Shown: positions 48,894 to 57,726, counted from the first letter of the stretch. The stretch is DNA of 64,000 bases from a virus (IMGVR_UViG_3300032213_002832:32001-96000); one strand, 5' to 3'. The notes: generated by a model not told the origin, from the sequence alone. Numbers and translations are program-made.

Positions 48894-49130
48894 ATGCGTA
48901 GAGCAAATATCGATCGTTTATCAGAATTAACAAAAGAGTTATTAGCCTCAAAACCTGCTTCTAAAGCAAAGGCTAAAGTAGAAGCTAAAGTAGAAGCTAA
49001 AGTAGAAGAAGTAGTAGAAGAACCTGCCAAAGATTTAGATGTTAATGAAGATGGCAAAGTTGACGAAGCAGATGTAGAGATGGTTCAAAAAGAAGTTCGT
49101 AAGAAAAAAGTAGTTAAGAACGAAGAATAA
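48894..49130 (+). CDS. small protein with AKVE repeats and EF-hand-like loop
   Basis: GCTAAAGTAGAA x3 (48972-49007); DVNEDGKVDEAD. Confidence 0.6.
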   Translation: MRRANIDRLSELTKELLASKPASKAKAKVEAKVEAKVEEVVEEPAKDLDVNEDGKVDEADVEMVQKEVRKKKVVKNEE

Positions 49131-49139
49131 GAGGCAGTT

Positions 49140-49592
49140 ATGAAATTCAGAGATAGAGAACATTTTCTAGAAGAGCTTAATAAATCTTTTACAAGAGAAG
49201 TTGAGAACTTAGAAGAATTGAAGAAGTCAATTAAAAAGCCATTATTTCGACATGGTTCTACTATTCATATCACTAAAGCTGTTGCTGGAAAAGGCTATGG
49301 GGTTGAAGAGCATACAGCAGAGGGTGAGAAAGTTTCACATGAAAATGTACCTTTTCAAACACTAGATTCCAAAATGAATTCCCTCCCTAAACATCTTAAG
49401 CAAAAAGAAGGTCCAAAAGAACTTCTCAGAATGAAAGATTCTAAACACGAAGGCGCACTACTATATCATTCAGCAACAGTTTCACATAATTTAATGCCTA
49501 AGAATAAAAAAACTGGTGAAATTAGTAAGTGGGAAAAATTAGAACCACACGGTAAACCACATGGTACAGGTTCGGGTAAAAAAGAAGAATAA
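49140..49592 (+). CDS. His/Lys-rich putative head-internal protein
   Basis: LNK|S and LKK|S at N-terminus. Confidence 0.55.
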   Translation: MKFRDREHFLEELNKSFTREVENLEELKKSIKKPLFRHGSTIHITKAVAGKGYGVEEHTAEGEKVSHENVPFQTLDSKMNSLPKHLKQKEGPKELLRMKDSKHEGALLYHSATVSHNLMPKNKKTGEISKWEKLEPHGKPHGTGSGKKEE

Positions 49593-49598
49593 TAAAAG

Positions 49599-49622
49599 AG
49601 AGGTCGCGAAAGCGGCCTCTTA
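49599..49622. terminator. bidirectional terminator at strand switch
   Basis: AGAGGTCGC-GAAA-GCGGCCTCT between convergent genes. Confidence 0.85.
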
Positions 49623-50429
49623 AAATTTAAACAGCCTGCGAGTAATTAATACAGATATAAACATTAGTATCACTCTAAAAGCAGCACGTCCCCATGCTTG
49701 ATACTCTACAACCTTAGAGACACTCTCTGTCTTGCCTTCACCTTGCTTCTCTTTTAAAGCGATAAGCTTATCTACCAAAGCCTTCTTTTCAAGTTCATGC
49801 CGGTTGACGCTAGTGCCCCAATTCTTACCTTTATAAAATTCTATAGTCTTTTGAATATCTTCTATTTGTTTTTCTACTAATACTACTTGCTGTGAAATAT
49901 TATTACTAACAGCAGTTGTTGAAACACTCTTGAATGCTAAATCAGATGTGATAACAAATAGCATCACACAGAATATAGAAACTCTCAATATACCAACAAG
50001 AGCTGATTCCACAAAGCCTGTCGCTCTATACCCACTCAAGAATATGAAACATACTTCAGTCAATATAGCCTTAATCCAACCCTTAGCTACTATCGTACTC
50101 TCAACGGCATAGAATGACACTGCTTCACTTACAAGAAACATAGTGATGGTACTTAATAATAATATATATAGGATTGAACGTGTATCAATTTTGCTTATCT
50201 TCTTAGAAAACCATCTCTTCCAGCGCTTCTTCTTCCAATTCTCTAACTCTCCTGGCGATAACGTAGTATACACATCAGTTGGATCATCTTTGAAGATTTT
50301 ACGAATAAGTTCATTAAGCTCATCTATAAAAGATAGCTGCTGCTTATCCGTATCTTCGATTTCTGTTTTAAAACGAGAACGAATATTGTTTACAGCATCT
50401 ATTAACTCTTTTTCATCTTTATCACTCAT
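49620..50429 (-). CDS. multi-pass membrane protein with coiled coil
   Basis: three TM segments, coiled coil, C-terminal TM. Confidence 0.65.
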   Translation of the reverse strand: MSDKDEKELIDAVNNIRSRFKTEIEDTDKQQLSFIDELNELIRKIFKDDPTDVYTTLSPGELENWKKKRWKRWFSKKISKIDTRSILYILLLSTITMFLVSEAVSFYAVESTIVAKGWIKAILTEVCFIFLSGYRATGFVESALVGILRVSIFCVMLFVITSDLAFKSVSTTAVSNNISQQVVLVEKQIEDIQKTIEFYKGKNWGTSVNRHELEKKALVDKLIALKEKQGEGKTESVSKVVEYQAWGRAAFRVILMFISVLITRRLFKF

Positions 50430-51285
50430 ACGATTTAATAGCCTTGCGAAGTTTATCTTTAGTGCTATCTTTAAACTCTAATTTATTAAATATATCATCT
50501 ATATCTTTTGTATACTGAGGTCGCATTCTTAAATCTTCTAAAGAAATATCTACATCTAATTTAACTAGATCTGTCAGTTGTTTGCTTAACCTTATCTTAT
50601 CCATACTCTTTATAAGCTTATCTCTATACTTAGCTGGTGTACTGTGTAGCCTATACTCAATCTCTTCCACACCACCATATTGAGATAGTAGGTCTTGCGC
50701 AGCTTTTGGCCCAATACCTTCTCCACCAGGTATGTTGTCTGCCTTGTCTCCACATAGTGCCAAGTAATCACTGATCTGACTTGGCTTAACACCAAACTTC
50801 TCAAATGCCGTTGCTTCATCATATGTTAGGTTCTTCATAGAATCAAATATAGAGACATTCTCATCAATAAGCTGTAACATATCCTTGTCGCCAGTTAAAA
50901 TAACAATATCTAGCTCATGTTTAAACTTATGTGTAATAGTAGCAATCAGATCATCTGCCTCATACCCAGACGCAGTGATTCCATATATGCCTAGCATACC
51001 TATTATCTTTCTTATAATCAATTCTTGCGCAGATACGGCGTTTACTTTCACTCTATTAGCTTTGTATTCTGGATAGATATCTCTACGTACACTTTTGCCA
51101 TCTTGCGCATCATATGTTATCGCTACGTACTTAGGTTTCTTTTCAGAAATGAATTTACATAATAAGCTTATTGTGCCATATATAGCACCAGAAGGCATCC
51201 CATGGCTCGTATATAGATCACTATGTGCGTGAAACGAACGATGGATAAAACTGCTTATGTCGATTATATATAGTTTATCTTTCAT
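50422..51285 (-). CDS. 5'-3' exonuclease (Pol I N-domain/flap endonuclease family)
   Basis: IDISSF, YPEYKANR, EADD, TGDKD, GDKADNIPG..GIGPK.A H3TH. Confidence 0.95.
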   Translation of the reverse strand: MKDKLYIIDISSFIHRSFHAHSDLYTSHGMPSGAIYGTISLLCKFISEKKPKYVAITYDAQDGKSVRRDIYPEYKANRVKVNAVSAQELIIRKIIGMLGIYGITASGYEADDLIATITHKFKHELDIVILTGDKDMLQLIDENVSIFDSMKNLTYDEATAFEKFGVKPSQISDYLALCGDKADNIPGGEGIGPKAAQDLLSQYGGVEEIEYRLHSTPAKYRDKLIKSMDKIRLSKQLTDLVKLDVDISLEDLRMRPQYTKDIDDIFNKLEFKDSTKDKLRKAIKSYE

Positions 51286-51643
51286 GTTGCGGTGATTTCA
51301 ATATGATTTCGTAAACTGGTTTACCTAACTTCATCATCTCTTTCTTCATGCTTAGACTACCTTTAGATGTTCCACTCCATATAAGGAGCAAAGCATCTCC
51401 ATATTCAGCCATTCTTTTATTTCGTATAGGTCCAGCAGCATTGCCATCATTCTTCCAATTGGCTTGGAATACTTTAGGTTCTTTCTCTAAGAATAAAGAG
51501 GACCACTCTTCGCCAGCTTCATCCACAAAGCCACCACTACCACTCACAACCTCTTTAACTTTTAAGCGAAAGTGCTTAACACATTGGTCCACAAAGTCAG
51601 AGTCAACTAGCAACTCTCTACTTCCAGCAATAACTAATCTCAT
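51275..51643 (-). CDS. SLOG-family (DUF2493/YspA-like) protein
   Basis: IAGSR, VVSG, AAGPIRN..MA, W.G.SKGS..M. Confidence 0.85.
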   Translation of the reverse strand: MRLVIAGSRELLVDSDFVDQCVKHFRLKVKEVVSGSGGFVDEAGEEWSSLFLEKEPKVFQANWKNDGNAAGPIRNKRMAEYGDALLLIWSGTSKGSLSMKKEMMKLGKPVYEIILKSPQHER

Positions 51644-52092
51644 ACAAATGCCTCATACTTTAATCTGATATACCCTTCTGGAGTTTGTGATTCAATAACT
51701 CTAATATCTTTCATATTCATTATAGTATCGAAGTCTCTATACTTAGTTTCACACACTACTTCAGTTATACCACTTTGATATAAGAGTCGCATACAAGAAA
51801 CACAGGGGCTCATCGTACATACAATCATACAGTCTTTGGTAGAGATGCCGCTATACGCGCAATTCGCAATTAGGTTTACTTCGCTATGTACAATCACGGC
51901 ATACTTCTCTGGCCTAGTATTAGGCAAACTATCATCAGGAGCATTCCTAACAAAGCCATTACACCCTGTAGCTATGATAGCTCCACTGTTGTTATTAATG
52001 AGTACTGAACCCACTTTTGTTTCAGCATCATGACTTCGTAAAGATACATTTTTAGCAATTGCCATTGCTGTTTCAATCTTACTAGGTCTCAT
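51640..52092 (-). CDS. dCMP deaminase
   Basis: KVGSV, G.NG, HSE.N, SPCVSC. Confidence 0.92.
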   Translation of the reverse strand: MRPSKIETAMAIAKNVSLRSHDAETKVGSVLINNNSGAIIATGCNGFVRNAPDDSLPNTRPEKYAVIVHSEVNLIANCAYSGISTKDCMIVCTMSPCVSCMRLLYQSGITEVVCETKYRDFDTIMNMKDIRVIESQTPEGYIRLKYEAFV

Positions 52093-52176
52093 CCACACAC
52101 CCCTCACATGATATCTTTTAAGATTATACGGTTTAAATATAAAATCCTATGTTATAATAATTAGATAGGAGGATTT

Positions 52177-52365
52177 ATGAAAAAGATATTAAGCTGTAGG
52201 AGATCATTAGTTGCTGTGTTTGCGATTAGTTGCTTAACATGGTTGGGGTTGGCAAAGGGGATAGATATTTCTGGCATAGCTATAGCCATCTCTGGAGTAT
52301 CGGCTTCTGTGTGCGCCGCAAATGCTTATCAAGGTAAGGGCTCTAAAACAGAAGAAAAAGGTTAA
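52177..52365 (+). CDS. two-TM holin-like protein
   Basis: SCRR N-terminus, two hydrophobic helices, basic tail; own TGTTATAAT promoter and GGAGG RBS. Confidence 0.55.
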   Translation: MKKILSCRRSLVAVFAISCLTWLGLAKGIDISGIAIAISGVSASVCAANAYQGKGSKTEEKG

Positions 52366-52553
52366 TCTTCTAAATCTGTTAGGGTTTCATCTAGTTCTAT
52401 ATCCAGCTCAGTACCGTCTGGTGGGGTGGCAGCTTTAAAACGCTTCACCTCAACTTCTTCTTCTACCCAACCCCTTTTAGGGCATTCATATCTAACAATA
52501 GTCTTATATACCAACTCTATCTTATCTTCATTACCTTCTTTTCTTTTTCGCAT
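52362..52553 (-). CDS. hypothetical protein
   Basis: 63-aa ORF overlapping upstream gene. Confidence 0.55.
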   Translation of the reverse strand: MRKRKEGNEDKIELVYKTIVRYECPKRGWVEEEVEVKRFKAATPPDGTELDIELDETLTDLED

Positions 52554-53109
52554 TCTCTGCCCTCATTAATTGAACAACCAAATCCCACTCACCATGTAGG
52601 CAATCCTCTATCGCCTTACGGTAGGATTCTACCGGCTTTGGTAAGCCTACTTGTTCAATATACCTCATCCAAGAGGTTAATGAGCCATATACTACTAATG
52701 TATTATATATACTTATTGGAGATATAACCTGTGATATAAACCTATCACAATGATCCGATTGATATGCCTGAGGATTGATTAATAATGCCTCTGTCGTCAT
52801 TTCAATATCGGCCTGTATCGTTTTGCTAGTTTCCAAATCTTGTGCGCCTACGGCACCAATATCCGGTATATAAGCCTCTAATTTACCACTCGTCTTCTCT
52901 GATGAGCATCTTAAGCCAAACTCTGAAAAAGTAAGCTGTACAAATAAAGGACACCGGATACTAAGCATGACATGGGTCATATCGGTGATCCGGTTATCTA
53001 TTGTGCCTCTAAAGTGGGTTTTTGAGATCCGCTTAAAGTCTTCCCGCATAGGAGACCCACTAAGTAGAGCAACCCAACCTTTATCAAGTACTGGCGTCCT
53101 GTTCAGCAT
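52531..53109 (-). CDS. ThyX-fold protein lacking the catalytic RHR motif
   Basis: VLDKGWVAL, H....I.CPLFV, R...P...Y......GSL.SW..Y match the ThyX scaffold; RHRxxSxxxxSxR is absent. Confidence 0.6.
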   Translation of the reverse strand: MLNRTPVLDKGWVALLSGSPMREDFKRISKTHFRGTIDNRITDMTHVMLSIRCPLFVQLTFSEFGLRCSSEKTSGKLEAYIPDIGAVGAQDLETSKTIQADIEMTTEALLINPQAYQSDHCDRFISQVISPISIYNTLVVYGSLTSWMRYIEQVGLPKPVESYRKAIEDCLHGEWDLVVQLMRAENAKKKRR

Positions 53110-53506
53110 CTTCTTCCTTTTTAAGGTAATCTACAAAGCCAGCTTTACAAGTAGCTTTTTTATTCTCAAGCTCACCAGACAACATAGCTTCCATAAGTAT
53201 TTCTACATGCTTTGCTTCAATGTAGTCGATAGTACAGGCATCTAGAACTTGTGGAGGTTTGCCGAAAGTTTTAGAAGGTATCATGGCTTTAGCATGAAGC
53301 TGTTGATCAATATGGATATTAGCTACAGTTTCTACCATCTCTAAGAAGTCAAATGGCCCACAAACTGACTCTGAGATAAACTTAGGCTTGGCTCTATCAC
53401 CAGTAGATATAGCAACAAGAAAGGTTTTATCTTTGATTTCAGAGAGATCCATTTCACCCAATTCTCCGATCCAAGTTTCAGGATCTGCTGTTGGTAAATC
53501 ACTCAT
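53084..53506 (-). CDS. hypothetical protein
   Basis: 140-aa ORF with AGGA RBS. Confidence 0.7.
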   Translation of the reverse strand: MSDLPTADPETWIGELGEMDLSEIKDKTFLVAISTGDRAKPKFISESVCGPFDFLEMVETVANIHIDQQLHAKAMIPSKTFGKPPQVLDACTIDYIEAKHVEILMEAMLSGELENKKATCKAGFVDYLKKEEDAEQDAST

Positions 53507-53559
53507 ATAAAAATCCTTATAAAATTATTACTAACCCATCGAATCGGTTTTGTTTAACT

Positions 53560-54045
53560 CTAGATAGGTTTAGCTTTTAAAACGTTTTTAAGATAAGTCT
53601 CAGCTTGTAATTTAGTTTTATGTTTTTTGCGTAGAGGATTTGAAATGGTTTTGCCGTTTCTAATAATGCCATATCCACTATCAATTTCATTTAAATCGTA
53701 TGTTACACCAGTTTCATCAGCATACTGATTAGATACCGATTTCGCTGGCACACTAACAGTTGGTTTGGCAATTGATGATAATCTACTTGTTACGGCCTTT
53801 TTAGCTATGATAAAAAATTCATCACCACTACTGCGATTCTTTCTAGATACATAGTCACCCTGCTGAAGTATATCTTTATATACTTTAATATCAACTGGCC
53901 CATGAATAACTGTTCCGTTTTGCTCTTTAGCTTCTACATGCGTATATTTCCCACTACGAATCTTTTCTATCTCAGATTTCCATATTAGTGTAGTATTCGC
54001 AAAACTCTCTGCTGATGTGGACTTCTTAATAGTTAATACTCTCAT
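53560..54045 (-). CDS. hypothetical basic protein
   Basis: 161-aa ORF behind the conserved 30-bp leader. Confidence 0.7.
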   Translation of the reverse strand: MRVLTIKKSTSAESFANTTLIWKSEIEKIRSGKYTHVEAKEQNGTVIHGPVDIKVYKDILQQGDYVSRKNRSSGDEFFIIAKKAVTSRLSSIAKPTVSVPAKSVSNQYADETGVTYDLNEIDSGYGIIRNGKTISNPLRKKHKTKLQAETYLKNVLKAKPI

Positions 54046-54050
54046 ACCTT

Positions 54051-54080
54051 CTCCTTTGTCATAATTGACATTTATTGATT
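54051..54080 (-). promoter_or_regulatory. 30-bp conserved leader with TGTCA-N4-TGACA palindrome (copy 2)
   Basis: reverse complement AATCAATAAATGTCAATTATGACAAAGGAG. Confidence 0.8.
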
Positions 54081-54090
54081 ATTCTTATAC

Positions 54091-54867
54091 TTAACCTAGC
54101 ATCTTTAATATTGCGTCTTTATCTTTTTCATAGATATGGCAAGAATGAACCACGTGAGTGTAGTCGCCTTTAGTAAGTGTTGGGTACGTAGGTTTTAACT
54201 CATCAATCATCTTATCCATAAGAGATACAAAAAATGGAAGATCATACACTAGTCCGCGAAATAAATCATTAGACCTCATAACTACTGAAAAATACAACTT
54301 ATCATTACGTATTAAAAAATTACCGTGCATGGTACAGGTCTGATCTTTATTACCCATATATTGATGTTCTGGTAAACTAAATCGCAATATAGCTTGACGC
54401 GTATCTTTGTCTGCCTTTAAAGATTCTAAACACCATTCCCACGGCGATCGATAAATAGATTGAGCTCTTATACTAATCCCACCATCTTCAAAGCTACGCT
54501 TTTTAGTATACTCATAATTCTCATTACCACAACTCTTGTTTTCCCATATCAAATACCCGTAAGCCGAATTGATAGTCCCATCTGGATTGGCTATCTTCTC
54601 CCAAAACTTAGAGGCCTTAGCAAAATCTTCTACACGATTAGAGCGAGAATTGTAAAGCTCAACCTCTTTAGCTGTATAGTCAGCTATTACTTTATTTCGC
54701 TCTAAGTCTTTAGTGATAATAGGTTCAGAAACTGGATCAGAGACTGTAAAAGTGTAGTTTAAGATCTCTCTAACTGGCATTCCACGTGGTGATGCTATAA
54801 AATCTGGAAAGTACCATACTTGCTGTAGCGCGTCTAAATACGCTTCATGTATATTCTTGTATGTCAT
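54091..54867 (-). CDS. thymidylate-synthase-fold enzyme, dCMP hydroxymethylase/methylase type
   Basis: SPRG, NSAYG, DTRQA, catalytic Cys in DQTCT, MRSNDLFRGLVYD, SCHIYE. Confidence 0.85.
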   Translation of the reverse strand: MTYKNIHEAYLDALQQVWYFPDFIASPRGMPVREILNYTFTVSDPVSEPIITKDLERNKVIADYTAKEVELYNSRSNRVEDFAKASKFWEKIANPDGTINSAYGYLIWENKSCGNENYEYTKKRSFEDGGISIRAQSIYRSPWEWCLESLKADKDTRQAILRFSLPEHQYMGNKDQTCTMHGNFLIRNDKLYFSVVMRSNDLFRGLVYDLPFFVSLMDKMIDELKPTYPTLTKGDYTHVVHSCHIYEKDKDAILKMLG

Positions 54868-55532
54868 TTATATCCCTCTAAGAATTCTTCATCTCTATTA
54901 GATCTCATTTTCAATAATTCTACAAACATTGCGCGTTGATATTTATCTACCTTAAAACCTTTTTCAATATATTTTACTAATCTTTTTACAGTGATGCTTC
55001 TAGCTTCAGTCTGAAAAACAATTCTCTTATCTACACAGTCACCTATCGCACCTTGAACACTAATGACTTGGCGCTTAACTGGATCATAAGCTATGGCACA
55101 AGCTCTTATATCGAAGTGACTTATGAGATCTTCTGGGGTATTAAATGGTACACCTACAATTAGGTTGTAAGTAACGTTACGATAAACATGCGCACATAAA
55201 TCGTACATAAAATTAGTAGGTTTACTAAACCCATTAATAGCACACCATAAAGTAGCATGTTCTTTAGAATGGAAGTATATGTCAATATCGTTGTGAATTA
55301 TGCTTTGATTTATATAGTGGCACATATAAGAACCAGCTATAATCTCACCATTATCTACGTATTCTGACTCATTGAGCCAACGTAAGGCATTAATCGGACT
55401 AGTTAATATTAAGTTTTCATTTCTATAAAGAAATTCTGGTACTGGTTTATCGTTTAGTAAAAAACTATTTTGAATATCATCAATTTGCTTTTTATAATGT
55501 TCTTCCGCATTATATTCCATGAGTATATCCAT
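54864..55532 (-). CDS. Pol-beta superfamily nucleotidyltransferase (CCA/poly(A) polymerase head-like)
   Basis: IIAGS..NDIDIYF, FDI..CAIAYD, RLVKYIEKGF. Confidence 0.75.
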   Translation of the reverse strand: MDILMEYNAEEHYKKQIDDIQNSFLLNDKPVPEFLYRNENLILTSPINALRWLNESEYVDNGEIIAGSYMCHYINQSIIHNDIDIYFHSKEHATLWCAINGFSKPTNFMYDLCAHVYRNVTYNLIVGVPFNTPEDLISHFDIRACAIAYDPVKRQVISVQGAIGDCVDKRIVFQTEARSITVKRLVKYIEKGFKVDKYQRAMFVELLKMRSNRDEEFLEGYK

Positions 55533-55544
55533 ATAAACCCCTTT

Positions 55545-55934
55545 TTACTCGTCTTCAAACCTATCACCAATTACTTCTTCGACTGGACTCATCCAGACCC
55601 CGTAGCCGTAACGCTTCTTGGTAAGCTTTTTCATAAGTTGACCAACTCTATTATATAAGTGCTGAAACACAAACGTAAACTCTTTAACACTCCTACCATC
55701 TGCTGTACGATACTCAGGATTATAGTTTTGTAAAGCTATTACCAGCTGATAATAAAGTTCTTGGCGCATATCAGCCATGGTCATGCCAGTATTACCTAAC
55801 GATATGTCTGAATCACCAGCAGACATATTAGCTTCTTTCCAATTCTTAACAATACTATCTCTTAAGTACTTATTAACTAATGGCATATACTTCTTAATAT
55901 CAGCGTTTGTAACTACCCTACGTTGCTTATTCAT
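55545..55934 (-). CDS. stand-alone sigma-70 region 2-like protein
   Basis: YMPLVNKY..DMRQE....L..ALQNYNP..F.FVFQHLYN matches the sigma2 pattern; no region 4. Confidence 0.6.
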   Translation of the reverse strand: MNKQRRVVTNADIKKYMPLVNKYLRDSIVKNWKEANMSAGDSDISLGNTGMTMADMRQELYYQLVIALQNYNPEYRTADGRSVKEFTFVFQHLYNRVGQLMKKLTKKRYGYGVWMSPVEEVIGDRFEDE

Positions 55935-56473
55935 CTTCTTATCTTTCTTTTGGATGTTTCAGGTGATTCGTATCGGTTTTTAATTAAAAGCAATACTGAT
56001 CGACAAACCTTTAAATGATCTTCAGTCCATGCGGGTTTTGAAGTTGTGAACTTATCAAACTCGTATAAATCTTTCATAAACGCTTCATTACGTATAAAAC
56101 TATTATTCATAGTAGTATCTCGATACCACTTGTATAGTGATGTCAACTTGTTATTACTATGCCCACCCCTTTTATTTATGAAGTCAAGGACCTTATCTCG
56201 CATATTATGGTTGATGCGAGAATAGATTGAGTCAATACTATAGTTAACATCATACTTGTTTCTTTCTAGATTAAACTTTAAATCCGTACAAGATCTCACA
56301 GCCTCTATAACCGCATCATTTATACCATGTATTGCTTGTGAATTAAAGATGAATTGTTTATTGTATCTAAAGTAGATTTGATCTGCGCCATAAGTCAATA
56401 TTGGCGCTATTATAGGTTCTGGTAATTCAATAGCTGAAATCACTTTAGCTACGTCATCTCGTAAATGCTTCAT
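55931..56473 (-). CDS. hypothetical protein
   Basis: GGAGG RBS, coupled ORF. Confidence 0.7.
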   Translation of the reverse strand: MKHLRDDVAKVISAIELPEPIIAPILTYGADQIYFRYNKQFIFNSQAIHGINDAVIEAVRSCTDLKFNLERNKYDVNYSIDSIYSRINHNMRDKVLDFINKRGGHSNNKLTSLYKWYRDTTMNNSFIRNEAFMKDLYEFDKFTTSKPAWTEDHLKVCRSVLLLIKNRYESPETSKRKIRR

Positions 56474-57174
56474 ACAACCTCCTCCATAGAGTAAATTGGA
56501 TTCTTCTTATGTGTCATACACTTGAGTTTGCTTATGTTTGCTAGAGAGTAGGCATCTCCATTTTTAGCATAACTTTTTATCCACTTGAGAAGCTTGATAA
56601 TCAAATCTACATTTTTAATATTCCAAGTATTGTCATAAACTATACGACCAATATGCGTTTGAAGTACGCGTGCTCTTTTATTAATGGCTCGTGATCGACC
56701 GTTTTCTTTACATTCTAATAAATCCGATAATACACTAATATTGGCAGGTTTTGCGCTAGCTACATTGATACAAAGTTCGTGTCTGCTATTAAGATAAGGT
56801 AGTAACTCTTTGATTTCATCGTCACCCAATGATTCTTTCTCTTTCACTATACTAATGCGACCTACTATTCTTTTTTCAGCAACCTCTATTTTAGTACCTG
56901 GCTCAACTGTCATTTTAAAATAACGTTCAAACCCAATCAAGTCAAACAGCTCTGCTTGCTCTTTCGAGATACCAGCTTTATCCAACATCCTATTACAAAA
57001 ATACTCTAATCTCAAATGTCTATCATCAGCAATATATGGAACCAACTCTTCGTATTCAAGCACATACTCTGAAGGTAGTTTAACTAATGTATCACTTAAA
57101 GAAAAAGTATAAGGTTCAATTGCCTTATTCAACCAATCCATCTCTTCATATTGCTTATCATCTAAAAATGCCAT
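56470..57174 (-). CDS. hypothetical protein
   Basis: GGAG RBS, 234 aa. Confidence 0.7.
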   Translation of the reverse strand: MAFLDDKQYEEMDWLNKAIEPYTFSLSDTLVKLPSEYVLEYEELVPYIADDRHLRLEYFCNRMLDKAGISKEQAELFDLIGFERYFKMTVEPGTKIEVAEKRIVGRISIVKEKESLGDDEIKELLPYLNSRHELCINVASAKPANISVLSDLLECKENGRSRAINKRARVLQTHIGRIVYDNTWNIKNVDLIIKLLKWIKSYAKNGDAYSLANISKLKCMTHKKNPIYSMEEVV

Positions 57175-57182
57175 CTGTTCTC

Positions 57183-57707
57183 CTAATTGTCAAACCAAAA
57201 AACAACACGAACCTCTGGATTTATATCGGATCGGTTTAGAAGCATAGCCTCCGCAGCCTCATTATTAATCCACTCTTCACAGTAGTTGATGATAGTAGTA
57301 TAGTCTTCAGGGCGTTTCTTACCACCATGGTAGTCACTATATTCAAAAAAAGCTTGAGTAGACTTATTATCTGTAGGATAATACTCTGCTTCTATAAGAC
57401 ATTGCTTAAATTCTTCAAGAGAAAGCCAACTATGTGAATGTCCATCAACATACCTATCATATTCCCATCTCAATAACTCTGAAATATCTTCTGGTATCCC
57501 TTTAGGTGCGCGTATTACTGCTGTACCATAACGACGCACACTAGCAAGTATTCCAAATAAATCATAGTTCCTGCCTGTAGCATTCACTTGTTCTAAATAC
57601 TTATAATTATCGCCATCTTCACTATTTACTGTATGGTTTTCATCTAGTTGCCAAGGGTCTTCTTTTCTAAGGCGCTTTTCCAAAAATACATGAATATCAC
57701 ATCCCAC
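57183..57707 (-). CDS. conserved phage protein (MGCDIH family)
   Basis: MGCDIH, RNYDLFGILA.VR, PKGIPED, HSHSWL...E, RVVFWFDN. Confidence 0.8.
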   Translation of the reverse strand: MGCDIHVFLEKRLRKEDPWQLDENHTVNSEDGDNYKYLEQVNATGRNYDLFGILASVRRYGTAVIRAPKGIPEDISELLRWEYDRYVDGHSHSWLSLEEFKQCLIEAEYYPTDNKSTQAFFEYSDYHGGKKRPEDYTTIINYCEEWINNEAAEAMLLNRSDINPEVRVVFWFDN

Positions 57708-57726
57708 CTATAACCCCTTATTATCA

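Noticed and set aside
50331-50345. QQLSF as a beta-clamp-binding motif in the membrane protein
   Set aside because: A single short match in a multi-pass membrane protein with no replication context; chance is likely.
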